DNA from: Pirellulales bacterium
GTDB lineage: Bacteria; Planctomycetota; Planctomycetia; Pirellulales; JADZDJ01
NCBI GenBank assembly: GCA_963738835.1
Contig: CAVTYH010000001.1
Span: forward strand, 161,755 to 225,754
Reading direction: 5' to 3'
DNA: 64,000 bases
Numbering within the stretch: the first letter of the stretch is position 1; every line of letters begins with the position of its first letter. Position numbers and translations under genes: made by a program. A model generated the notes under the pieces. The model was given only the letters and a program-made list of their open reading frames with translations. It was not told the origin of the DNA and searched no databases. Shown here in pieces: positions 31,507-42,485 of this stretch.

Positions 31507-32202
31507 TCATGCTCGCGCCGGATGCGCAACGATGTGATCGCATCGGTTATGGATTGCGCGCTCTTGCTCGGCTTCGTACGATAGCGCAAGCCGAACCATC
31601 AAAGCGTCGGCGGTATAAATCCGGCCAGTTGACGAGTTGAAATCCCCTCCGCGGGGATCCTGTGAAAGCATCTGGCCCAAATTACGGCCGTACGGCGTGT
31701 TGGTCATATACTGGATCATTTTGTAGCCGTCTGGGCCGCGAATCAGTGCTCGGACATTCTGCTCCCCCATAATCATGTGGCTGATCCGATCGATACGGTC
31801 ATATGCCAACGGGTATTTGCCCGACTGCCGCATAAACTTTCGACCCGCAGCAGTACGCAGCTCTCTCACAAAAAACTCATCTTCGCTGGGTATCATTCTC
31901 AAGATGTTGGCTTGATCTCGCACGTTCCAGCCGAGATGGTTCAAGGCGTCGAAGATTGGTTTGACTTGATTGCGAGAAATCAAATCTCCTGGCTTATAGT
32001 CGTTCAAGCTGGCAAACTGTTTTTCAATAACTTTTTGGACTTGCTCAAGACTGGGCAATGTCGGATCTGCAGCGTTTGCCACCGCAGAAATCAGGCAGAT
32101 TGCTGCTAGACAAATCGCCCAGACCGCTGCTCGGCGGTGGATACCAGCGGTCGGTCGCTGTAGGCCTCGGGAAGAAGCGATGATTGGAGGGATTGATGAC
32201 AT
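31507..32202 (-). CDS. secreted hypothetical protein (start uncertain)
   Basis: signal-like segment ..ISAVANA; long ORF. Confidence 0.65.
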   Translation of the reverse strand: MSSIPPIIASSRGLQRPTAGIHRRAAVWAICLAAICLISAVANAADPTLPSLEQVQKVIEKQFASLNDYKPGDLISRNQVKPIFDALNHLGWNVRDQANILRMIPSEDEFFVRELRTAAGRKFMRQSGKYPLAYDRIDRISHMIMGEQNVRALIRGPDGYKMIQYMTNTPYGRNLGQMLSQDPRGGDFNSSTGRIYTADALMVRLALSYEAEQERAIHNRCDHIVAHPARA

Positions 32203-32542
32203 CAAAACTAGAGTCGGTTTATCGCAAGTCATTAGCCACCAGGAAATAAGTGAATTCAACAGTTTCATCACAAATCTAGCTCACTTAAGAACTGTCCGAA
32301 CGGATAGGCACGATTTATGCACTGTAAAGCCGCCTCGTGAACCGAAATCAGCCAGTTTGTGTCTGAGTAGTCTCGGCGGAGCGATAATTGCCGGCCGACG
32401 GCACCGACATGACAGCACTGCCAGCTTTTCCAGATTTACATTTTGTAAAATCGGCGAAATCAGTTTGCATATGATCGCAGTCAGTCGTAAAATGAAGCCC
32501 CGGTTATTACCCGCGGGCACCACGGTAGTAGGAGATACCGGC

Positions 32543-32771
32543 ATGTCTAAGCCCGTTTATTACGTTCAAGAATGCCCCACTTGCGGTCGCAGGTTGCAAA
32601 TTCGTGTAGTGTATTTGGGCAAGCGCGTTGTTTGCCAACATTGCCTCGCGGAATTTGAGGCTTGCGATCCATCGGGCAAACAGCACACGCCTTCCGATTC
32701 GACGAGGGATTTGCTGCTGCGCTGAAGAGTTGCTGGCAACGGTCGGACGCCAACAGGCGATTAACGAATAG
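32543..32771 (+). CDS. small zinc-ribbon protein, probable frameshift near 32720
   Basis: AGGAG RBS; QECPTCGRRLQIR..GK.V.CQHC; the shifted frame gives AEELL..INE*. Confidence 0.7.
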
Positions 32772-32997
32772 CAATCGCCCAAATCTTCGCTTTAGGCGCA
32801 TTTGCGCTTGAGTGTCGAAATGAGGGAAGTGCCGTAGCCATTGCCGCTGGCATTTATTATCATCTCGCACCCGATTCTGGGGATTCAGTGCCTAGGGATT
32901 CTTGCCGGTTTGTCTAGCAGTACAAGCGGCAGCCCAAAGGAAATGAATTTTGAACGCGCTGATTGTCACCGCACTTAGGTCGTCGAGGAGGACGATC

Positions 32998-34146
32998 ATG
33001 GAATCGCTTAAACCGATCCTGCTTTTGATCGTGCTCAGCGGCGTCGCGTATGGCGTTTATGTTGCGCTGAATCGTGCGCCGTCTGTCGAGCCAACGACGA
33101 ACAATTCCTCGCAATGGAATACACCTCGCGGCGCCGCAGGTTCAGCAAATAGCACTGGCGGCGGACCGCAACGCGATGCAACGTCAGCTTCTACGGGCAG
33201 TCCTCCGCGCGATGCGAATTTGAGTTCTACTTCGAGCGACTTGGAGAAATTCCCAAAACCAATCGATTCTGCGAGACCAACACCAACAATCACGAGTTCC
33301 TCGCCAATCACTGGTCCAGGGATCTCGCTCCCCTTTGGTATTGGTTCTGGATCGATGCAGCAAACCGGCACTAATGATTCTGGCCGTCCAGAAAGTGCGC
33401 CGCCGACAACAACCGTTGCACCTGGGGAGGGGAGCATGGCTGGTGGGGTCTTGTCGACGCCGACTGGCCAAAACACGGCCGATTTGATTGCTCGTCACGA
33501 ATTCTCAGCATCGATGCGCAGTGCGGAATCGCTTGCTAAAGACGGCAAGCTTGTCGAGGCACTGCGCGAACTGTCGCGATGGTACGATCATCCCGCCGTG
33601 ACGCCGGAAGAACGGCCGAAGTTGGACAGCATGCTGAGCCAGTTGGCGGGCTCTGTGATTTATTCACGACAACACTGGCTTGCTTCAGCGTATGTTGTTC
33701 TTCAGGGCGATTCGCTGGAAAGCATTGCACAGCAATACGAGGTGCCGTGGCAACTGCTGGCCAAAATCAACGGTATCAGCAGTTCTAATTCGATCGTGCC
33801 TGGCGAAGAACTAAAAGTTGTCAGGGGGCCGTTCACGGCTCAGCTCAATTGCCAGCAAGATTGCCTGGCACTGTTTGTCGATGGTTTGTATGCTGGCCGG
33901 TTTCAGTTGCAAGGCGGGCGAAATCTGATGAAGCCGGAAGGTAAATACCCAGTTGCAAAAGTTGCAGCCGAAGATCCATCGAACCCCACGCACCGGCCAT
34001 ATATCAGCCTCGGTGGCGATTTGCAACTTCGAGTTCCGGACGACGCCAGCGTGCCAACGCCTGGAACGTTGGGTATCAGTCAGAGCGACATGAACGATGT
34101 GTTCGATATGCTTTCTTCACGCTCTGAAGTGACGGTCCGGCGGTAG
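32998..34146 (+). CDS. membrane-anchored LysM-domain protein
   Basis: N-terminal TM, S/P/T linker, YVVLQGDSLESIAQQYEV..LAKIN LysM. Confidence 0.85.
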   Translation: MESLKPILLLIVLSGVAYGVYVALNRAPSVEPTTNNSSQWNTPRGAAGSANSTGGGPQRDATSASTGSPPRDANLSSTSSDLEKFPKPIDSARPTPTITSSSPITGPGISLPFGIGSGSMQQTGTNDSGRPESAPPTTTVAPGEGSMAGGVLSTPTGQNTADLIARHEFSASMRSAESLAKDGKLVEALRELSRWYDHPAVTPEERPKLDSMLSQLAGSVIYSRQHWLASAYVVLQGDSLESIAQQYEVPWQLLAKINGISSSNSIVPGEELKVVRGPFTAQLNCQQDCLALFVDGLYAGRFQLQGGRNLMKPEGKYPVAKVAAEDPSNPTHRPYISLGGDLQLRVPDDASVPTPGTLGISQSDMNDVFDMLSSRSEVTVRR

Positions 34147-34244
34147 GATGTAACATTCCTGATTTAAGGTGTAGGATTTAGAACGTAAGCCAGCGGTACT
34201 GCTGGTAACATCCTCCATCACAAATCCCACATCCGACTTTCGCC

Positions 34245-34802
34245 ATGTACGATCGTCAGGCTCTCGTTGAATTAGTGAAGCAGTGCGCCTTGAAATTCGG
34301 CGACTTCACGCTGGCCTCTGGGAAGAAGGCGAAATTTTACCTCGACGGCAAACAAGTCACGCTCGATTCCAAAGGCGCCCTGCTGACAGGCGAAGGGATT
34401 TTGGATCTGCTCGATCACCAAGGTCCATTGCCGCGGGCTGTTGGCGGCATGTCGATCGGCGCTGATCCGATAACCGCGGCGGTCATCACCATTGCCGGGA
34501 TGCGCAATATCTCGCTGGCCGGCGTTCTCGTGCGAAAAGAGCCGAAGAGCCATGGCACGAACCGATTCGTGGAAGGTCCGGTGCAGCCAGGGGATACCAT
34601 CGCGATTGTGGAAGATGTGGTGACGACTGGCGGTTCGTCACTGCAGGCCATTGAACGGGTTCAGCAATTCGGCCTGAAAGTGACTTATGCGGTGGCGATT
34701 ATCGATCGTCTTGAGGGCGGTGCCGCAGCATTTGCCAAATTGGGAATTCCGTTTGCTAGCCTGCTTACGATTCGCGATTTTGGTATCGAACCGCCACAGT
34801 AG
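34245..34802 (+). CDS. pyrE: orotate phosphoribosyltransferase
   Basis: FGDFTLASGK, RKEPKSHG, IVEDVVTTGGS. Confidence 0.95.
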   Translation: MYDRQALVELVKQCALKFGDFTLASGKKAKFYLDGKQVTLDSKGALLTGEGILDLLDHQGPLPRAVGGMSIGADPITAAVITIAGMRNISLAGVLVRKEPKSHGTNRFVEGPVQPGDTIAIVEDVVTTGGSSLQAIERVQQFGLKVTYAVAIIDRLEGGAAAFAKLGIPFASLLTIRDFGIEPPQ

Positions 34803-34880
34803 ATGTCAATTGTTCGTTGTCCGTCGTCAGTTGTATGGGCTACTCAGCCGTTTAGCAATGGACCACTGACAACGGACAAC
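34803..34880. repeat. heptamer tandem-arm hairpin repeat
   Basis: GTTCGTT GTCCGTC GTCAGTT .. ACCACTG ACAACGG ACAAC; same family as 3650. Confidence 0.7.
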
Positions 34881-34965
34881 CTTTCGCTTGCTCCTTAGGC
34901 CCTGGCTGAAGTATCCTGGAGGCTGAGGGGCAGAGGACCAGAGTTGCGGCGAAAGAGGATGACCG

Positions 34966-36881
34966 ATGATGGGTTCAAACCTGAAATCACAAACGCCGCT
35001 GTTCTCAGTTTTTAATCGGGCGTCGCTGCTAGTTATTAGTTTCGCCTTGGCGGTTCCCAAGAGTTATGGAGCCGCCCCGGTCGAATCTGTGCAACAGGCC
35101 AGCGCCCCAGCGGCTAACTCCGAGCAGCTGTCAGCGCGAATAGCGAAGCTTGTCGATCAACTGGGCGACCCGCAGTATTTAGTTCGACAGGCCGCACAAG
35201 AACAGCTGCTGCGGCTTGGTCCCGACGCCTTTGATGCTTTGATTGCAGCCGAGAATAGCGAAGATATCGAGATTGCTTCTCGCGAAATATCTGCTACAGC
35301 TAATTCCTATCGATCGTGACTTCGACTCTCCGGAAGTTAAGCGTATTCTTCAAGGTTACGGACTTGTCGAAGAAGCCGGCCGACTGGCAAAGATCAAGCA
35401 ACTGGCAAATCTGCCCCAAGATTCTGGCGTAGCGGCGTTGTGCAGGTTAGTGCGCTACGAGAAATCGCAGGTTCTTTCCAAGCAAACTGCGCTGATCCTC
35501 CTTGCTCAAATGGGCGCTTCGCTGGAAGAGCGGTCATCACGGGCCAAAATCATCGGACCAGCCATCGCGAGATGCTCCAGGCCTGCAGCACGGTGGCTAC
35601 GGGCCTCGATTCAATACGATTTGAATCCAGAAGATGCTTTCAACGAATGGGACAAACTCATTGATGAGGAGGTTGCGACGCTCGACAGCTCGCCCAGCGA
35701 TACTTCGACAGATATCGTTTTGACCCTTGAACGGCGACAAGCGGAATTGCTTTTGAAGTTGAGTCATCGCGATCGCGCTATACAGGTTATGCGAAAGATG
35801 ATTGCGATTGAAAAGGGGGACGCTCAAGCCATCGAACAGTTGACCGATTGGTTGATCAAGCAACAGGCTCTGAACATGGTCGACGAAACCGCTAAACGGT
35901 TTGACGGCGCATTTCATACCAAGCCAGTGCTGCTTTATTTTCTGGCCGAGACGCGGGCACTCCAAGGCCAGAAAGATCAGGCCGAGGAGCTGGCTCGGCA
36001 GGCCGCTCAGTTGGTTCCAGCTAATGATCTGGCAGAGCGATACCGCGTGGCTGCCAAGTTGCGGCAACGCGGATTGTTTGAGTGGAGTGAACGCGAGTAT
36101 CGGCGGATCGCTGATTCCGCCCCGGACGAACCCGAGGGAATCGCCGCGCGGGTATCGTGTGCCGAAATGCTGCACGACCTGGAGCGTGAACATGACGCAG
36201 CAGAGATGCTGCAGAAGCTTATCGACTCAGTTGCCAAAAGCGTCGCGCCGGGGCAAAGAACTCAACAAGTGCGCGGCTTAGATTCCGACGCGCGATCGAT
36301 CAAATCGTGGATGCACTATTACCAAGCCTGCGATTACGAGCAACAAAAGCATCTCGAAAAGGAATGGATCGAATTAGAAAAATCCATTGGGCAGGATCCG
36401 ACCAACGAAGATGTGTTGATCGCTATGTATCACGCTTCCGTCAATGACAAATCGCGTCGGATGCGAGTGATGGAAATGATTCAAAAGACAGCGCAACCAC
36501 TGATTAATCAAATTTCCACTTTGGCCGGTCAGCCGGAAGAGGCTGTCTTGTGCAATCAATATGCATGGCTGATCGGAAATACGGAGGGAGATATCGATCA
36601 GGCCATCCAGTATTCGCACAGATCGATTGAGCTTGCGTTGCAGCGCTATCGAGGTGTCGACGACAGCGGTGACATGAACGCTTGGGACGATGCGACTACC
36701 CGCGAGCCGGCGGGATATATCGATACGCTAGCTCATTGCTATGCAGGCAAGGGCGACTATGAGAACGCCTTGAAGTACCAGATGCGGGCGGCTGAGTTGG
36801 AACCGCACACCATGGCTGATTGTGCGCGCGGTTGATGAATTCAAGACGAAATTGGCTGAGAGTCGACAACAAAAACAGTAA
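34966..36881 (+). CDS. secreted HEAT/TPR-repeat protein, frameshifts near 35280 and 36815
   Basis: LVDQLGD..YLVRQAAQ; NQYAWL and YIDTLAHCY..GDYENALKYQ..AAELEP TPR motifs. Confidence 0.75.
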
Positions 36882-36956
36882 TGGCTGAATCCATGGCTCG
36901 ATCGTTTGGCTGCTAATTCTTTCATTCGGATCAATCAGCTTCTAAAGGGGCAATCA

Positions 36957-37752
36957 ATGAAACACGTTCAAGTCGGCGATATTCGGATGGCGGTTGCAAC
37001 GGGTGGTCAGCGCGGGCATCCGTTGTTATTGGTCCACGGGTTTCCACTGTCGCACAAAATGTGGCAGCCACAGGTTGATTATTTCGTCGATCATTGCTGC
37101 GTGATTGCTCCTGACTTGCGTGGCTTTGGCGGAACCGATGTGACTTCAGGTGTCGTGATCATGGAGCAAATGGCCGATGATTTGGATCGCCTACTTGATG
37201 CATTGGCGATTCACGAAAAAGTCATTTTCTGCGGTCTGTCGATGGGGGGATACATCGGCTGGCAGTTTTGGCGGAGATATCGACATCGAGTGTTGGCCAT
37301 GATCCTGTGCGATACGCGAGTTGTGCCCGACACGCCGGAGGCAGCTGATGGCCGGCGAAAGCTGGCCAAAGTCACGTTGTCAGAGGGTCCGGCCGCGGCA
37401 GCCAAGGTGATGTTACCGAAAATGTTTGCTCCATCGACTTGGGATTCGCAGCCAAAATTGGTGGAGAGAGTACGGGAAATGATGGTTTTGAATCAGCCCG
37501 CTGGAATTGCAGCGGCGCGTAGAAGGTTTAGCGTTGCGGCCAGACGCCAGTGAGATTTTGCCGACGATAGATGTACCGACGCTGGTCATTGTCGGCGAGC
37601 ACGATTCCATTTCTACCGTCAGCGAAATGCGCGGCATCGCCGATGCAATACCGGACGCGGCATGGGTTGAAGTGCCCGAGGCCGGTCATCTTTCGAATTT
37701 GGAAAACCCGGCGGTGGTGAACGAGGCCATTGCCGAGTTTATTACCCTGTAA
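36957..37752 (+). CDS. alpha/beta-fold hydrolase, frameshift near 37520
   Basis: HGFP, PDLRGFG, GLSMGG nucleophile, VGEHD, AGHLS. Confidence 0.9.
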
Positions 37753-37815
37753 GTGCAGTCGATTTAACTACGCAGGCAAAGTAGTTCATTGCCGGCTGGG
37801 TACCGCCTAGATTTC

Positions 37816-38355
37816 TTACGGTAGCTGAAAGAGCGATTGGCTCTTTACAATTGCATAGTCGTCCGGAAATGTGTGAAAGGCTTGCACCAACAAGCAGCGA
37901 TTGCGCGTTTCCACGTTCACGTAGCTCATGGCGCCCATTGCCATTCGGCCGCTGGAATCGAAGCGGTGGAGCATACCTTGGCGGATGCCTTCCGCGGTGA
38001 GCTCGTGCTGATAGGTCCAGAAAACCTCGGGCTTCACGGGCTCCAGCTGAAAACTCATCTTGTAGCGCACACCACCACGGCACTCCATCTGATCGGCACG
38101 CTCGCCTTTCAGTCGATAGTGCAGCAGGCGGCGTTTTTGCGGCAGTTCATGTTGGGCGCTGCAAGCCACTTCCGTCAGAGTGACCCCGCCATAGCGCCAA
38201 GCAACCACGTGGCCGGCGCTGGTGATGTGGACGACCGCTTCGTAATCGCCACGGCTAACGCGACGTGTGGCGAAAATCTCGAACAACTCCGGATGCAACG
38301 GACGGCCGTAAAGCTGGAAAATCAACTCAGCAATTTTCGGTCGAACGGAAAGCAC
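37816..38355 (-). CDS. DUF2617-family protein
   Basis: R.LHPELF; FHTFPDD.AIVKSQSLF. Confidence 0.75.
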   Translation of the reverse strand: MLSVRPKIAELIFQLYGRPLHPELFEIFATRRVSRGDYEAVVHITSAGHVVAWRYGGVTLTEVACSAQHELPQKRRLLHYRLKGERADQMECRGGVRYKMSFQLEPVKPEVFWTYQHELTAEGIRQGMLHRFDSSGRMAMGAMSYVNVETRNRCLLVQAFHTFPDDYAIVKSQSLFQLP

Positions 38356-38607
38356 GGCTGAGGAGCCTTTCTACGGATGAACGAATCCGACTTAATGGTT
38401 TCAGGCGAGAGTCCGTTGATAAATTGCGGCGTTAAGCAATGTGTCTGATGCTCATTATAGGTCGAGCATGCGACTCACTCAAAGGGAGATTTCATAGCGA
38501 AAAAATGTTGCGCAAATCCTACTTGACAAATTTAAATTTGTAATTCCTATCGAGCAATTAGGCCTTGCTAGCAAAATCTCTCGTGTTGGAGTCCAGTCAA
38601 CGCAAGA

Positions 38608-38636
38608 GCCCGGTCTTCAGCCGGGCAATTTTTTTC
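38608..38636 (+). terminator. terminator-like hairpin
   Basis: GCCCGG-TCTTCAG-CCGGGC then AA and a T-run. Confidence 0.55.
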
Positions 38637-38695
38637 GCCGCTCGGTTCGAAATGTCATTGACTGCAGCGACGATTCAACAATCACAATGCGATTG

Positions 38696-39526
38696 TCAAA
38701 TCAGTCCCACTAGTATGTCGTAGGCAGCGTGTGTGCCCGCCGCGATGCCAAAGCCGCGATAGATGAAGAGGGCGGCAAAGAACAGGCCGGCAATCGTGCG
38801 GAACAGAAATGCATACCATTGAAACGGTTCGCCCAATGAGCCCAGGTGATGCGCGCTGGCGAAAATCAAGCTAGTAAGAACCGCTCCGCCTGCCAATGAC
38901 CAACCAGCAGCGCAACCGCACAAACGTAAAATCCAGGTAACTACCGGCAGCAAAATCAAGCGGAAGAGCAGTTCTTCGTAGATGCCGGCACCTATGAATC
39001 CCACAAACCGCCTGAACATGCTTTCCACCGCACCACCCAACGAGGCATGCACAACGGCCGCCGGCGTTTGATTGGTCACCAACGACAGTACGTTCGCTTG
39101 AACCCGCGCAATCACTACCAGTGACAAAGCCAGAAACGCACATTCCGCTAGCTTGGTGTACAGCGTGCTGGGCGATATACGCCACGGATCGCGCGTCAGA
39201 TAATGCCAACCCGCCAGCATCGCCACGGTCGCCGCCGGTAACAAGAAATATTGGCTAAAGCCGAGCAGATCCAACAGCTGTCTGAGCCACACGTCGGCGC
39301 CGTTTCGCATGGCTTGTGGGCCGAGCCAAAGAACACCCGCCTCATAAAACACAAGCAAAGGTGCCACGAACGCCAAACTTGTCAACGGTCGCCGCGACTG
39401 CTGCCAATAGTCTCCGCGGAATGTTCGTGTCGCTGCTAGATTGCCTGTGCCTGCCGCCTGCATATGGACTGTGGATCCGATCGCTCTTTTCTTTGCGCTT
39501 TGCTTGGCCGATCGAACGGCCCGCAT
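38696..39526 (-). CDS. CPBP (CAAX/Abi) intramembrane protease (start uncertain)
   Basis: EELLFR, FASAH and HAAYD motifs; multiple TMs. Confidence 0.9.
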   Translation of the reverse strand: MRAVRSAKQSAKKRAIGSTVHMQAAGTGNLAATRTFRGDYWQQSRRPLTSLAFVAPLLVFYEAGVLWLGPQAMRNGADVWLRQLLDLLGFSQYFLLPAATVAMLAGWHYLTRDPWRISPSTLYTKLAECAFLALSLVVIARVQANVLSLVTNQTPAAVVHASLGGAVESMFRRFVGFIGAGIYEELLFRLILLPVVTWILRLCGCAAGWSLAGGAVLTSLIFASAHHLGSLGEPFQWYAFLFRTIAGLFFAALFIYRGFGIAAGTHAAYDILVGLI

Positions 39527-39744
39527 TAGTTTTTTCGACCATTTGTTCAAAGACGCTTGAACTAGCCGCGGTGCAGCGTTGCGGTGAGAATTTTCGTTGC
39601 CAATGGAAGGCAGTTTCGACCTCAATCGTCCGCAATCGGTTGAGATCGAGATGGCTGCTCCGTAAATCCCCATTCCAACATCGGTGGCCTCGCCCCTATA
39701 ATCAGCAGCGCAAAACCAACACGGTTTCATTTCAAAGACCACTT

Positions 39745-40233
39745 ATGGGTAAATCTCCAGCTCCCTCCACCAAAATCCGCATATTGATTGCGGACGACAA
39801 CGCGCCAAATGTCGAGTTGCTCGAGGCATTCCTAGCCAGCGTCGATTGCGAAATCGCTGTAGCGGTCGATGGCCGTGATACGCTCGACAAGGTAGCAGCG
39901 TTCAAGCCCGACTTGATTCTGCTGGACGTAATGATGCCTAAACTCAGCGGCTTCGAAGTCTGCCGGAAAATCAAGCAGGACCCAGCCACCAAGGACATTA
40001 TGGTGCTAATGGTGACGGCGCTGAATGAGCTGGGCGACATCGAGCGCGCCGTAGAATCTGGCACCGACGATTTCATCAGCAAACCCGTTAACAAGCTTGA
40101 ACTGCTGAAGCGCGTGGAAAACATGTGCAAGGTGCTTAAACTAACCGACGAATTGGAGCGCCTGCGAAGGTATATCCAGAATATGGAAGACGAAGAAGAC
40201 GAGGATGGTCCAGCGGATGCCCCGCGCAGTTGA
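39745..40233 (+). CDS. single-domain response regulator
   Basis: ILIADD, LLDVMMP, VTA and FISKP receiver motifs. Confidence 0.9.
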   Translation: MGKSPAPSTKIRILIADDNAPNVELLEAFLASVDCEIAVAVDGRDTLDKVAAFKPDLILLDVMMPKLSGFEVCRKIKQDPATKDIMVLMVTALNELGDIERAVESGTDDFISKPVNKLELLKRVENMCKVLKLTDELERLRRYIQNMEDEEDEDGPADAPRS

Positions 40234-40296
40234 TTTCAAAGGGAAAGCCCGCGACTCTTCCTTCCCAGTGGTTAATCGCAAAACTCTCTTGCCAAA

Positions 40297-41007
40297 ATGG
40301 AAACGTCGCTGCACCGTGAATTGAAGCGTCTGTACGCTGGGCCCGAGGGTCGAACGGAAGTTAGGACTGGTAAATTCCGCGTCGACGCTATGATTGCTGA
40401 CGGCAACGGTGTGGAATTGATCGAGATTCAACACGGCCCCTTATGGGCGATCCGCGATAAGATTCAGAAACTCGCCAAACGACATCGAGTCAAGGTTGTG
40501 AAGCCGATTATCGGCCGTAAGCGATTAATCCGCTGCGGCCAGCTTGGCGGTCCAATCCTTAGCCGGCGAAATAGCCCCTCACATGGCCGGCTATTGGACG
40601 TGTTCGACGAGTTAGTCTATTTCACCCGGGTGTTTCCGCATCGAAATCTGTCGATGGAGGTCGTTCTAGTAGATATAGAGGAACGCCGACTTCCACCGCC
40701 CGTTCGCAGTCGTGGCCAGCGGCACGGGTGGCGGCGGAAGTATGTCATCGAAGATCAAATACTGATAGAGATCCGCGAAGCCGTGCGACTGGCACAACCG
40801 GCGGATCTGAAACAATTGATCGACTGTGCGCTGCCGATACCCTTTCACACCGGAGAGCTTGCGGCCGCACTTGACGTTGAGCGCTGGACTGCCCAGCGGA
40901 TCGCTTATGTTCTGCGGAAAGTCGGTGCCGCAACAGTGCTGGGCAAGCGGTGCGGCGCTTGGCTGTACGATTGGTGCAAGCCAGATCACGGAAGACGAGC
41001 AGCATGA
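40297..41007 (+). CDS. hypothetical protein, PD-(D/E)xK-like fold plus C-terminal wHTH
   Basis: E.SLH..LK; RVD..IEIQ; PFHTGELA..AQ..AY.L. Confidence 0.6.
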   Translation: METSLHRELKRLYAGPEGRTEVRTGKFRVDAMIADGNGVELIEIQHGPLWAIRDKIQKLAKRHRVKVVKPIIGRKRLIRCGQLGGPILSRRNSPSHGRLLDVFDELVYFTRVFPHRNLSMEVVLVDIEERRLPPPVRSRGQRHGWRRKYVIEDQILIEIREAVRLAQPADLKQLIDCALPIPFHTGELAAALDVERWTAQRIAYVLRKVGAATVLGKRCGAWLYDWCKPDHGRRAA

Positions 41008-41017
41008 TGTACTTGCA

Positions 41018-42283
41018 TCAGGTGCTCTCAGCGACTTCTGTCTCGAAGAAGTGCTCTACGCCGTCGGCTTTGGCGATGACCGTGATGCCCTTTTCGGTAA
41101 CCGTGAAACCGCGAGCCCTGTCTTGCTCCGGATCGTAGCCGATCATCGTGCCTGGCGGAATTCGCACCGCTTTGTCGATGATTGCTCGCCTGACACGTGC
41201 ATGTCGCCCAATATCGACTCCTTCAAACAAAATAGATTCTTCGACCTTGGCATAACTGTTAACCCGTACGTTGGGTCCCAAAATCGACCTACGAACCTGA
41301 CCACCGGAAACAATGGACCCTGAGCAGACGACACTATCGAGTGCCTCGCCACGGCGTGCCTCGGCACCTTCTTCCGCGAAGACAAACTTGGGAGGCGGAT
41401 AGTTTGGCTGATAGGTGCGAATTGGCCACTGCATATCGTACATGTTCAGCAGCGGATCGACGGCGACCAGATCCATATTGGCTTCAAAATAAGCGTCCAA
41501 AGTGCCCACGTCGCGCCAGTAAGCATCTTGCTTGCGGTTTTCGTCGCGGAATGGGAACGCCAGCACTCGGTGGGTATCGACAATCGACGGAATAATGTTG
41601 TGTCCAAAGTCGTGCTGGCTGTTGGGTTGCGTAGCATCCAAGCACAACTGTTCGAACAGAAATCGTGAGTTGAAAACGTAAATTCCCATCGATGCCAAAC
41701 AATGCCGCGGATCACCGGGAATCGTTTTGGCGTTAGGCTTTTTCTCTTCAAATCCAACAACGCGACTGGAATTATCGATTTGCATCACGCCGAAATGCCT
41801 GGCCTCTTCGAAGGGTACTCGCAGCGCGCCAACGGTCACATCTGCCTTCTGGTCGAGGTGAAACTCGAACATCGTGCGATAATTCATCTTATAAATGTGA
41901 TCGCCGGCCAGAATGACGACATAGTCGGGCCGCTCTTTTTCCAACGTGTAGATGTTCTGATAAACGGCGTCAGCTGTGCCCTGGTACCAGTGTTCGTCGA
42001 TGCGCTGCTGCGGTGGCACGACATCGACGAATTCGCCCAATTCTCGGCTCATAAGCTGCTTCCAACCTAGGCTGAGGTGCCGATCCAGGCTCATCGCTTT
42101 ATACTGCGTGAGCACTAGGACTTTACGAAGTCCGCTGTTCAAGCAGTTTGACAGCGTAAAATCTATAATGCGATACAACCCACCGAAAGGCACGGCTGGC
42201 TTTGCACGATCGCGAGTCAGCGGTTCCAGCCTTGTGCCTTTTCCGCCTGCGAGAATCACGGCCAAAACGTTGTGTCGCCGCAT
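41018..42283 (-). CDS. glgC: glucose-1-phosphate adenylyltransferase
   Basis: [51 protein letters not shown]. Confidence 0.97.
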   Translation of the reverse strand: MRRHNVLAVILAGGKGTRLEPLTRDRAKPAVPFGGLYRIIDFTLSNCLNSGLRKVLVLTQYKAMSLDRHLSLGWKQLMSRELGEFVDVVPPQQRIDEHWYQGTADAVYQNIYTLEKERPDYVVILAGDHIYKMNYRTMFEFHLDQKADVTVGALRVPFEEARHFGVMQIDNSSRVVGFEEKKPNAKTIPGDPRHCLASMGIYVFNSRFLFEQLCLDATQPNSQHDFGHNIIPSIVDTHRVLAFPFRDENRKQDAYWRDVGTLDAYFEANMDLVAVDPLLNMYDMQWPIRTYQPNYPPPKFVFAEEGAEARRGEALDSVVCSGSIVSGGQVRRSILGPNVRVNSYAKVEESILFEGVDIGRHARVRRAIIDKAVRIPPGTMIGYDPEQDRARGFTVTEKGITVIAKADGVEHFFETEVAEST

Positions 42284-42485
42284 CGGCCCGTCGTACCCAT
42301 ACTGCATCATCGGCCTCCAAATTCGTTGCCAGAATAGGTCATTCATTCTAACGGCCGCGTCATACGTGCCAAAGGGGCCGACGGTTCTCAAAATGAAACG
42401 ACGTTTCCAGCCGACGTGAGCATTAGATGTGACCTGCGAAATCCGCATTCCAATCGAACTGCCGCAACACATGGGCTGTTTTGGC

